Positions 51,099 to 64,000 of a stretch of 64,000 bases of DNA are shown here, piece by piece. The DNA is taken from NCBI RefSeq assembly GCF_009914755.1, contig NC_060932.1; one strand, given 5' to 3'. The DNA comes from the human T2T-CHM13v2.0 reference genome, Homo sapiens. The notes under the pieces were generated by a model, which was not told where the DNA came from, did no database searches, and was given only the letters and a program-made list of their open reading frames with translations. The first letter of the stretch is position 1, and each line of letters starts with the position of its first letter. A program made the translations under genes and the position numbers.

Positions 51099-52374
51099 TT
51101 TTTGTTGAGCAAAAAGTCTCTCTACTCAGGCCACAAAATGTACTTGAATCTTGTTCTCGGCACACATTGAGATCTTTATCTCGAGACCAGCAACCCTGGA
51201 GACTAGCCTGCAAGCCTCTGCTTCTGCAATATGTTTCTGGGATTTCTTCACGTGGATCTAGTATAACCTGGTCTTCCCAGGCTGAGAATGCCTGTCATGG
51301 AATTCCAGACCGAGCCTTCATTCCACACCCCAGTTCCCTGTTTACAATAGTGTCTCTGGCAGTTTTGGTACATGCCAAGGTTCTCCTCCAGATACCACAC
51401 TTGGCAAAATACTGTGAGGCCAATCTTTTTAAGTGGTGTGGACTTCCCCAGCACTCATTCTTTTTGTATTCCAAATTTGGGTCGTAGAGACTGGAGTTTG
51501 TGTTCCTTTTCCCTCCTCAGCTTCCTGATTCAGATTCCCACAGATGAGCAGGCTGTCTTGAGAGCCACATGAAAATCTCTCCTCTTTTTTGTTTTTTTAA
51601 AACATACACTCCCACAATAATATGCTCTTAAATCTTACCACAAAATCTCTACCCAAGATCTTTCCTTTTCTTGCATACTTTCTCCTTTGCCTTACAAGTG
51701 CCTATTATCATTTGCTGCCATTTCAACCTCCTCTGAGATTTGATTTAAGGCCTCTCTTTAGTGCCCTGTTCTTTCTTACCCCAACCTTGAAAACATTATG
51801 CTGTAATGTATCAACTGGATAAATCCTACAACAGAACAATAACTTTATGAGGACAAGGACTTCATCTGTTTTACTCACCACTGTATCTTCCATCTCCAAC
51901 AATGCCCATCACATAATATCTACTTGGCAAACACTTGTTGGTAAGTTAATGATACATATTTTTTTTAAATCTTGGCTTTCTACATATGACCTGTCTAATG
52001 TTACCCTGAAAGGTACACTGGGCAGGTCAGTAGTATCATCTCCAACTTACTGATGAAGGAACTGGAGGTTTATGATTTGCACAAAATAATTCAGCTGCAT
52101 AGCAGCACTAGAATCCCAGGCCATTACTCTTCTGCTTGGCCTTTTGGGTGGTCTCCAGTTGGGTGCTGGCCGCTGGGTTATTTCATGGAGAGTGTATGGG
52201 AAAGAAGATCCAACTACTTCCCGGCAGGAACTCTGCCCGAGTAATGCCTACTGAGAAGCTAATGAGGACAGTAGTTTCTGTCAAAGCATCTAGTATTTCA
52301 GAAGCAACTTCCAAACTTTGATATACAAATTTTTTGTTGAGCAAAGAGTCTCTCTACTTAGGCCACAAAATGTA
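51099..52374 (+). repeat. 44-bp direct repeat pair (51099-51142 and 52331-52374)
   Basis: TTTTTGTTGAGCAAA(A/G)AGTCTCTCTACT(C/T)AGGCCACAAAATGTA, 42/44 identical. Confidence 0.95.
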
Positions 52375-53004
52375 TATGAAAAGCAAAATTTTCTTTTGAC
52401 ATATTCCCTTTGTTCCCACTCTTAGAATAAGAAGCATTTTCAGATGAAAGCACATGGGCTTCAGTGTCATATAAAACTGCGTTCAAATCTAATCTCAGCT
52501 CTTTATAGTTGTGGTACTCTGTAACTTAATCTCCCAAAGCTTTATATCTCCCTGGAATGTTGCACTGTTTACAGGCAAAATATGTGAAGTGGCTTGTTTA
52601 GTTTTAACCCAAAGTAACTGCAGTTGTAGCAGTTGCAGTTGTACTGTTTAGTAAAGGTATGGGCTCTACCTCAATACTGGCAAAGAATATTGCTAGGTAA
52701 AAGTTGTTAAAATTCAATCTACCATCAAATTCATCTTGAATTCTACTATAAACAATAAACAATTACTATGTATTGATTTCTTCCAAGTATTCCCAAAAAC
52801 ACACAGATACACACGCAGACACAAACACTCAGAAGCAGGAGTGAATGCTATCTCCTTCTTTCTCTAGAACAACTAATATCTCCAAAGAAATAACACAAAT
52901 GAGAAACATTCCAGAATTGACAAGAGCTAAAGAAGATGTTCCCTCTGTAGCCATATTCAGGACTCTGCTTTAAAGTTAACAAGAATTACTAGTGTTTAAG
53001 TCAA

Positions 53005-53307
53005 TTTTCTTTTTCTTTTTTGAAACAGAGTTTCACTCTTGTTGCCCAGGCTGGAGTACAATGGCGAGATCTCGACTCACTGCACCTCCACCTCCTGGGT
53101 TCAAGCGATTCTCCTGCCCCAGTCTCCCTAGTAGCTGGGATTACAGGTGGATGCCACGATGCCCAGCTAATTTTTGTATTCTTAGTAGAGATGGGGTTTC
53201 ACCATGTTGGTCAGGCTGGTTTTGAACTCTTGACCTCAGGTGATCCACCCACCTCGGCCTCCCAAAGTCCTGGGATTACAAGTGTGAGCCACTGACCGCA
53301 CCCAGCT
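53005..53307 (-). mobile_element. AluSq/Sp
   Basis: CTCTTGTTGCCC diagnostic; TSD GTGTTTAAGTCA. Confidence 0.92.
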
Positions 53308-54889
53308 GTGTTTAAGTCATTTTCCTATCCAAACTAACTTCTCATTGTGTATGATAAGGAGCCAAGTATACATAGGTGTTAAAATTATTTTTAATTCCTT
53401 TTTCACAAAGATGATGGTGAGGGCTAACCTAAGAAAATATGAAACATTTTTATAGCAATGTAAATAGAGTAAAGACCAAGGTGAAAATAAATGGTGCAAT
53501 TATTCTTGCAGTGAAAATTATACTTGGCTATAGTGCCAGAATTGCTTGCTACAAGAGATTTTTTAAATTTTCTTTTCATTCATTAATTCATCCATCAATT
53601 CAATGCCACAAGGAAATGAGTTTTCATTGCATGGAAAGTCGGCCAAGACATTAGGTATATGAGATCCAGAAATAACAACAGGCATGCAATTAAGACCTGG
53701 AGTCTACCACCTATCTAGAAATATTAAAGTTTAGCAAGCAGCTTAGATGGCCATTTTTGAGGATTACATTTTTCTTTCTCTTTATTTTAGTAAAGGATTT
53801 GATTCCATAACAGTTTAAATATTTATAGCAAAATATTGCCCAAGATTGGTTTAACATACCTCTTTTTTATCACAGATATCCCTGTGATCGTTTCACTATT
53901 GGAACATGCAGCTTTTACTCATGTATTTTGTACAGATGTATGACAGATTTTACAGCATATGCCATTAAAACAGTCACATATAAATGTTACAGGTGAAGTG
54001 TGTATAGCTCATGACATATTCTGAAAAATATCAACTACTTACATCTGTGTTTTAAAAAACTAATAATAAAAATAGTACAACTTTACATCTGTATAGAAGT
54101 TTAGGTTTACAAACTACTTTAAAAGCCTTCATATGTATTCAAAGGTACCTAGAAAGGGGAAGTAATTGCCCTGAACATAATACATGTGTGCTCACATACA
54201 TGGTGGTTCACATTCACAAGGATCTCCTCCAGTAGGGCAGACACTGAATATTTTAAATGGGAGGCCAAATTTATGACACAGGAAACACCATAAAGGCCTG
54301 AAAGAACTCAGACCAAGAAAACATCGCTTTGCCACTGAAGAAATGACCAAGATAGAGCCCAAAAGGAAACAAAGCCCAAGAGACAGCGATAGGAGAGAGC
54401 AACAGGAGAAAGAGCATTGAGGTTTATACATATTCCAGCATCTAAGCAAGGAAATGCATTGCACATAATAAGACAAATATTTTTGAAGGCTCTCTTGTGT
54501 CATTAAATGTTGGTGCCACTAGGCCATGAGCAGACTTAGAATAGCATGAGCTATTCTAGATTCCCCCCTAATATTTTATGCCACCACTTTGAAGCCATGA
54601 ATTAGAAACTCTCAGTGGTACAGTTGTGTCAGAGTAACCAGTGCCAGCCCAGTGTCAGTATTCAACAAATGCTTGCTGAATGTATCCATGAGGGTTTGTT
54701 TCCATGAAAATACACAAACTTTAAGCTTCAGCGGTATAAAAAGACACTTCAGGGATTTAAGTAAGAAACTCACGTTCCACTCAGAGCAGAGCAATGGAGA
54801 TGTAACCTTACTAACTATAGCTCCTTATAGCCCTGAGAGTCAGTGATTCACTAAGAAGATGTGTCTTATTTTTATGCTCTTAAGTTTGA

Positions 54890-55219
<330 letters not shown>

Positions 55220-56069
55220 GAGGTTATTGTTTATAATGAATTGTGAGACTGGTTTTGTCATATAAGGACACTGCCACCAACAAATTAAATGCAGGAATGT
55301 TTTTCTCAGACAGAAATGCTTTAGTACCATGAACAGTCAGACTTTGAATCAGCAAAATCATGGGAGTTCAATAGAAGTTACCATAATTAATTTCATTAGT
55401 GACTTTTAGAAGAGAAGCATCTGAGTAGTATTTATCTGCCTTGGCAACTAAATATCTAAAAAACTTGAATCATGAGACTCCCCATCTTTTGACTCTAGCA
55501 ATGTTCTAATTGTTCTAATTATAATGACACTATAGTCCACTAGAGGTTAGGTGTCGAACATTGCAAATCACTTGTAGAGTTTGTGAAAGATTTGTGTGCC
55601 TTCTACCAACAATGGCCTATCTTCAAAGTGAGATTCATTCCGTTCTGTGCCAGAGTCTGTGTGTTCTGTGATCAAAGGGAGAAGTGGGATGATGGAGATA
55701 CAGAAAAGGAAGAAGGAGGCAGATGAAGATCTTTAAAAGAGGAAAAATAAGTCAAGTAAATCAAATCTTCTACCGGTTTCCTCAACTCTACTTAATCAGA
55801 TTGGAAAGAGCATATATGATAAACAGAACCATATGTAAGCTAATAACTCAAGCGATGCTCTCAGGAGAATTTGACCACGTGCATCTTTGCTGCATGACTT
55901 GTGGCTGCTATGCTTGAATTCTTTCTGCATTTTCCATACACTTTTAGTCATTTCCTGGCTGTTTCAACATGTTATCCCATCTACTTTAGTAACATGTATA
56001 GGAGGCTTCCCCTCCCCTTCTATTTTCCTCCAATTTTGTGAAACTTCACAATCAGATAAAAAGAGCCTG

Positions 56070-56478
56070 CATGGTAGATTGTGTTATTGCTCCTCATTAT
56101 TTACTGCCTCCACCCATTGCCATATGACTTGCAGGATAGAGTCCCCGTGGAAAAAATGTACTTCCCTACACCATTGGTATCATGTGCTCAGCTTTGGCCA
56201 GCAAACTGTGAATGGAGTGACATATGCCTCATAAAAGCAGAAGCATTAAGACACAGTGCACAGTTCTGCCACTCTTTTCCCTCTGTCAAGAGCAGGACAT
56301 GTCTCTGATGAAGGCTACTCCTTCAGCCTGGGTTCCAGAATAAAGAATACACATGGAGCAAAGCTGCCCTTGGCCTACAGCCAGCACACTAAAATGGGAG
56401 CGAGAAACGCCTCTTAGTACAAATCACTAATTTTTTTTTTTTTGGTCATATCATAAGCTTGCGAAAGTTCACTAATAC
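56070..56478 (+). mobile_element. MLT1H/I/J-type MaLR LTR
   Basis: GCTTTGGCCAGCAAACTGTGAATGGAGTGACAT...TCCTTCAGCCTGGGTTCCAGAAT...ACTAATAC. Confidence 0.6.
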
Positions 56479-56981
56479 GTGCTCGTTATCATTGTACGTA
56501 AAGTAAGAGTTAGGGCTTGAGATGATCCTTCATATGAGGAGGGAGTTCTGATTTGATTCCTTCGGTGAATCTCTCCCTATCACAATATATATATATCTAT
56601 ATATACACTGACTCTCGAGGTAGATACCTTCAGGATAGGCACCAGCTGCTATTATTTATCATTGTGACTATCATTCCCTTTATAGGAGTGCCCCACAGTG
56701 TCTTATGACTCATCAGATACAAAATGGATTGTGTACTTTTCAGAGGGCTTAAAAGCTATTGAGGGGGGAGAAAAGCTATTGGAATTTTTTTATTACACAG
56801 CTGGCATCTTGTGTACATGGAATAAACAAATATCCTTTGCCAGATAGGTATGAAAGTCACTTTGAAATACAAATTCTAATTTTAAACAATATTGTGCTTA
56901 CACTATAATGTAAATAAGAAGCCTTTTCGATTTTCGAAAACGAGAAAAACCTTATCTGATTATTTTGCAACCACCCCTTAC

Positions 56982-57033
56982 CTTCTGTAGACCCTTTTGT
57001 ATGAAGCCGTTTGTTGAGTTCATCCAACTTGTT
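56982..57033 (-). CDS. ENPP2: Autotaxin exon 20 (NKLDELNKRLHTKGSTE), linker
   Basis: 52 nt, aag/gtaagg boundaries, phase 0 to 1. Confidence 0.97.
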
Positions 57034-57439
57034 CTTCATGTGTGAAAACCAGTAAAGGAAAAAAGAAAGCAAATCAGAAATGTTCTTTCCCTCTGTGCCC
57101 TTCTGTCGACTTAGCACCCTGCTAAATTCAAAAGCGAACTCTAAACTCCATCTATATCATACATTCTTTCGAGGAATTAACTGTTTTCTCTCAAACTGAC
57201 ATTCTGGGCTCCACCTCTAGCAGTTCTATGTTTGTAAGCACCTTCTTCAATCTCTGTTTCCTTCCTTAAAACTGTGGATAGTCACCACAGTACCAATTTC
57301 CCATGTGGGTACTGATGATGACTTGGGCATATATGTGTAAGTAAATTAGGATAGCGCCTAAATGTTTCAGATTAATCTCTAGGCACACTGAAGTGATTCC
57401 CAAACTAATTTATGAAATCACTTTTCACCAAAGCTAAAA

Positions 57440-57850
57440 CGTAATGACTCAGCAATTCTGAAACAGCATGAGTCAGCAACTCTACCCTTCACTGTATACC
57501 CTAGCATATGCGTGCAAGAAGACATTTCCAGTAATGTCTGTGGCAACATTGTTGTAAGAGCTAACATTTGCAAATTACTAAATGTTCTCAAGTAGGAAAA
57601 TGGAAAAAAATTCTTATGGTACATTTATACAATTAAATATTAACTACTGTATTAGCAGTAAAAATAAGTGAGCTAAAACTTCATGTACTAATATACATTA
57701 AGTCTCAAAAACATAATGATAAAATAATTGCAGGATACATATAGTATAATAGCATTTATTAAAAATTTTACAACATGCAAAACTATAGTATAGGTTATTT
57801 TAGGAAACTATACAAAAGATTACTTCATACGTTATTTAATAAATATATAA
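57440..57850 (+). mobile_element. Old L1M (L1ME-like) 3' fragment
   Basis: CAGCAACTCTACCC...GTATACCC...CAACATTGTTGTAAGAGC...TGGTACATTTATACAAT...TCTCAAAAACATAATG. Confidence 0.6.
57444..57478 (+). promoter_or_regulatory. Tandem NF-E2/NRF2/BACH-type motifs with AP-1 cores (motif match only)
   Basis: ATGACTCAGCA (57444-57454) and ATGAGTCAGCA (57468-57478). Confidence 0.45.
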
Positions 57851-58150
57851 GGCCAGGCACAGTGGCTCACGCCTGTAATCTCAACATATTGGGAGGCCAA
57901 GGCGGGTGGATCAGCTGAGTCAGGAGTTGAAGACCAGCCTGGCCAACATAGTGAAACCCCGTCTCTACTAAAACTACAAAAATTATCCAGGCATGGTGGC
58001 AGGAGCCTGTAATCCCAGCTACTCAGGAGGCTGAGGCAGGAGAATAACTTGAACTCAGGAGGCAGAGGTTGCAGTAAGCCGAGATCACACTACTGCACTC
58101 CAGCCTGGGCAACAGAGCGAGACTCCATCTCAAAAAAAAAAAAAAAAAAG
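57851..58150 (+). mobile_element. AluSx
   Basis: Full Alu with poly(A) tail. Confidence 0.95.
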
Positions 58151-58159
58151 AAAACCTGT

Positions 58160-58963
<804 letters not shown>

Positions 58964-59064
58964 ACATGTGATCCACAGTTGAAGAAAACAGAAAAAGATT
59001 TTGGTTGAGAACTGTGACTGCACAGAATAGCAACATGAATTCTACTTTTTGTCTTTCATGGTCT

Positions 59065-59478
<414 letters not shown>

Positions 59479-60568
59479 TTAAGAAAAGGAGGCAGGTGCT
59501 TCTTATATTTTTTTGATGAGATATGGTAAGATTTAAAACCCTTCACCTTCTATGGGTCTGAAAACTGTGAACACAAATCAGAACTGGACAAAACCAAATG
59601 TAGATGGCAGGCACCCCCTCCTTACCTCCTGAACCATTCTGGACTAACTACATCTTGCCACAGCTTTCTGAAATACCCAAGTTCATTGCCTGACCATGAA
59701 TAGAGAGAGAGAGATTCCCAGAAAGAAAGAGTGAAGGAACAAGACTTTGATTAACTATTGCCTGTATCTGCGATAGTTACAACCCAAGGGTGATCAATGT
59801 CAGTATCACTTTTTCCTGCACTTCTCTGGGACTATTTAATTCCATGTTTTGAAATGAGACTTATAATCAATAACTAACTAGAAGTCTGCCCTCTAATGAC
59901 TCCACAGAAGTGTGGGGACATGAGGAGGCTTTGGCCCTGTCCCCTGAAGTGCCACTGAGCAATGAACAGGCTGATTTCATAGCAAGTGAATGGTTGCCAA
60001 GTGCGTATTCAGTAACTTGCTTGAGCTCAGAGGCAGGACAGGGGACAGCTAGCAGCCAAGATGGGAAAAGAACCCAGGAGACCCGACTTGCAGACTCCCC
60101 CTCTAACCACCAGACTGGCACTCCCTTACTAAATAGGAAAAGTTGTCCTCATTCAGCAACTAGAAGTTCAAGGAAGAAAAATAATTAAGAGCACATAAAT
60201 AGCTGGCCAGGATGCAAGCTGGCAACATTTTTAACTGGGCTGCAATGCAAGAGATGGAGGTGGAGGGGACTCTGTGCAGAACTCTTGCTTCATCAGGTCT
60301 CTGACCAGTGGTGTCAAACTGTAATGCTATGTTAGACCAGCCAGAGGCTGCCAACAGCAACACTATGAAAACGCCCCATTAGTCAACTGTTGAAGGAAGA
60401 CAAAGAAGCCTTAGAAGGGGATAATATTCTGTCTTTGAACCAATGGGCAAGTTACAACCTTTTGTGGGGAAGAGGAGGTAGTCCCAGAAAATAGACACCT
60501 CATTTCTTTCTCTGACATTGAGAAAGATCATATATACTAACTAAAGATTGTTTCAATGGTTCTGATTA

Positions 60569-60709
<141 letters not shown>

Positions 60710-60824
60710 TTAGGTAGGAACCCTTCCTCTATTTATGAATACTGTACAACTTCACTCACACCACCATTACTTATCCTTTCGAAGAACCACTAAAACACAA
60801 TTTCAATTCACAGTTCTGCCATCA

Positions 60825-60941
<117 letters not shown>

Positions 60942-62792
60942 TTAGAATTTCTCATGAAATTACTTTGATAAAAAGGTAATTTCAGGGTACAAAGAATATC
61001 TAAGAAGGGGCTTTTGAAAGTTTGCCTCTATTTTAATTGCATTCTTCTTGTGATGATGAAAAGAGGATCCTATGCATTTCTCCAAGTGACTTTTCTTTGA
61101 CAGTTATTGCAGGATAAATGGCGACCTGTGAACTGAAGTCACGATGCCCTCCTTGGAGCTCGTGCTTACACCAAGTAGGGCACTTGTCAAAAGTCATGCT
61201 CTGCCTGTCTAGGTGCTTCGCTAGCTCTGAGACTGTAAGATTCTCGACTCTAGGACCATGTTTGTCTGGTTCACTTCTATGTACCCCTCCCTAGGGTCAG
61301 TGTCAAGACATAGTTGGCACTTTAAAAAAATGTGATGTCTCACCTATTATATACCCATAATAATTTAAAATTTAAAATAAAATAAATTTGCGATGTTTAA
61401 ACAATGAATGGAGATCTATATTCTATAAAAATATTTGCATGCAAATTTATCTATCAATATACAATACAACTAGAGTACAACTAAGCAGCCAACTTAACAG
61501 TAATCATGACATATCTGACAAAAGCATGGTCTCACCTAGACAATATCTCTATTTAGAAACAGAAAACAGAAATACTGCTCTCTAGACATCAAGACCATCT
61601 GATCTTTCCTTTTGTGACAGAAGACACCTTTTGCAAAAGTGTCATGTGACCCTTTTCCAAAATAGCTTTCATGTTAATTTAATACAAATATTTCCTAAGT
61701 ACCTATGGGTATATAGCACTGAAAGTGCTTTGGGAAAACAAAAAATCTAACATACGGGTCTCCACCCTTGGAAAAATAAGGGCTTGGGATAATAAGACAT
61801 ATGCATACAATACCTCAACAATGCAAGATGAGTTAAATTTAAAAGATGCATTGTTAACCAACATGCCTGGTTTTGGGCTACACTAATTTGCCCAACTGTC
61901 ATCATCTTTCACTTAACTTCTACTCAGCTCCCATGTTTTTGCCATATGAACCTACTACCTGCGCCAGTGTGACCCCTTCCAAGCTGCCCCATACATAAAA
62001 GGTCCTTCAGGAGCACATACCGGGCCAATTAATTTCAGTCACATCCCAATTAATTTACCAGGCCAGTAAATTCTCCATGAGGATTTCCCACAACTGTTTT
62101 AGAAGACTCCAATAATTCCTGTTCTTCGTACATCTTTCTTCATAATCCCACATATCTAACTCTAAGTACACCCTGGAAAATTACAGCATGATATTTATGT
62201 ATCTGTCAAATGTGTCTCTCTAAACATCCCATACTGATACAAGTTTCTAGAGTTCTAAGTTCTTCTTAGAACTTGAGTTTCTAAATATTTTCTTGTTATC
62301 TTCTTTCTCTTGCAAACTAGTACCCAGCTAGAGTACATGTGGCAGTTGTTCAATTATTGAGATAGACAAATTCACAGCACTTTTCTTAAGTAGAAAGTTG
62401 GAGCAAGAGTGAGTGGGAACAGCTACTTCCAGGTCTGTGTGAAAATGGATAAATCCTTAATAATTAACTCATTGGAAGTTGTTAGAGCCTCCAGACATGT
62501 CCTAGACCACATTCAAAAGCAAGGAACATTCTCTTCAACATTGGAGAGTGTTTTGTAGTTCAATAGAAGGCAAACATTGGGAATATTTAAAGCAATGTAA
62601 AAAGTGCCCACAATAACAGAGTTTTTAACATTAACAACATTTTCTAAAGTCCTCTATAAATATTGCTACAAGCAAAGTCTCAACAACCGAGATCAAATCA
62701 GCCCAATATACTAAGGCAAGCTCCCATTTATACTTTTGACTTACTCAAGTAGTAAGAATAGAGTTTAGAATGTAAATTCAAAGGATGAAAGA

Positions 62793-62793
<1 letters not shown>

Positions 62794-62828
<35 letters not shown>
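62794..62828. repeat. (AC)17 microsatellite, read as (UG)17 in ENPP2 pre-mRNA
   Basis: Read directly from the sequence. Confidence 0.97.
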
Positions 62829-62830
<2 letters not shown>

Positions 62831-63050
62831 TGCACTGACAGACTGCAAAGAGACACCACAATGCTGAGACCCAGAACATAGAGATATATTGTCTCAGCAC
62901 TGATGGTTTATGTAGCCCACAAAATCTTTGGAAACAGTGAGATTTCCAACTGATATTTCTTTCAGTGATGACTAAGGATGATAAAATATTTCCAGTTGCC
63001 AAAGGGGTGGTTGTGGAAATGAGAAACAGAAATAGCCCATATACCAGTTA

Positions 63051-63197
<147 letters not shown>

Positions 63198-63909
63198 TCA
63201 GACTTCAGATGGAATGTCTTTTGGAAAAATTCTTACAAATTCTCTCTCTAGAAAGCTGAAGGAGATTTTAAGCCTAACCAAAGGTTAATGAGTGAATAAA
63301 TGAAATTTATTTCTATTAAATAATGTATGCTGAAAACAAATAGATTCAAAAGAGATTAAGTAACCTTGGAGATGATATGACAGGCTATCTGAGGACAGTT
63401 AGGAATTTTAAGATGCATTCCTGGCTTGTGAGACCATCGCTAAGAGCAATTCACACTCCAAGGCCTTTCCCAACTCCTTCAAGTCAAGCAGTTGGGGGTG
63501 GGGTGTCGGTGGGAGGGGAGGAGCACATGGGTTTAGGCTTATCTGATTAGATGCTCTTGTACCACTAAGGTCGCTACCCAGCATCCGGGAACAATGGAGC
63601 AGAGTGGGTGGGCAGTTCTGGTTCAGGGAAAGTAAAGATTTGTTTAACCATGAATGAATACTTTTCAGTTCTAATGGAAGGATCAGATATTCTCCATTTG
63701 TATCATTGCCAAGACCATTAGGGAGCCTGCAGCTGACCACAGGCCAGAAGTTTTGAAAGTTCTTAAGGAAACAAATATACAGGATGGCAGGGCAGTGAGG
63801 AAAGTGTTCCTCCCACCCCTCCCCGCCGGGGGAGGCACACACAGGAGGGAGGCTGCTCCAGGGGCAGAGGCCTGGGCAGGGCAGAGGCGGGACAACTGGA
63901 AACACTTAC

Positions 63910-63941
63910 CGTGAGATTGGCAATAATGGCTTTGGGGTCAT
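63910..63941 (-). CDS. ENPP2: Autotaxin exon 15 (DPKAIIANLT; N411 sequon)
   Basis: 32 nt, cag/gtaagt boundaries, phase 1 to 0. The gene continues beyond the window end. Confidence 0.96.
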
Positions 63942-64000
63942 CTGTTCAAAGAGAGGAGAAAGATTTCAAAAGAAATAACAACCATTACCAAGAGAAATCA

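Noticed and set aside
53861-53875. Plus-strand acceptor-like TCTTTTTTATCACAG suggesting an antisense exon
   Set aside because: No matching donor or antisense exon chain was found. It is the reverse complement of the candidate micro-exon body.
63408-63905. 165-aa minus-strand ORF
   Set aside because: It starts at a GTG inside the exon 15 donor, is wholly intronic, has low-complexity Pro/Leu content and shows no recognisable domain.

Overview
Human/great-ape genomic DNA, not prokaryotic. Positions ~33,945-64,000 hold the 3' half of ENPP2 (autotaxin) on the minus strand. I traced 12 constitutive exons plus the 75-nt ATX-gamma cassette exon (exons 15-27 in the 27-exon numbering). All have GT-AG boundaries and consistent reading phase, and together they encode residues ~403-863 of ATX-beta followed by a ~430-nt 3'UTR. 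Positions 1-33,900 are the repeat-rich downstream flank. It contains a disabled L1PA, an old L1M hosting a twin-primed 5'-inverted L1PA, LTRs (MLT2B, MLT1A, THE1, LTR33), DNA-transposon MITEs (MER58/MER30, MER81, MER94, MADE1, MER46) and many Alus. I found no new protein-coding system. The best leads are regulatory: a candidate UG-repeat cryptic exon, a candidate 36-nt poison exon, a proximal poly(A) signal that would drop miR-29/miR-101 sites, a tandem NRF2/BACH-type motif pair born in an L1 fragment, and an unexplained 44-bp direct repeat. Repeat family names were assigned from memory of consensus sequences and their boundaries are approximate.
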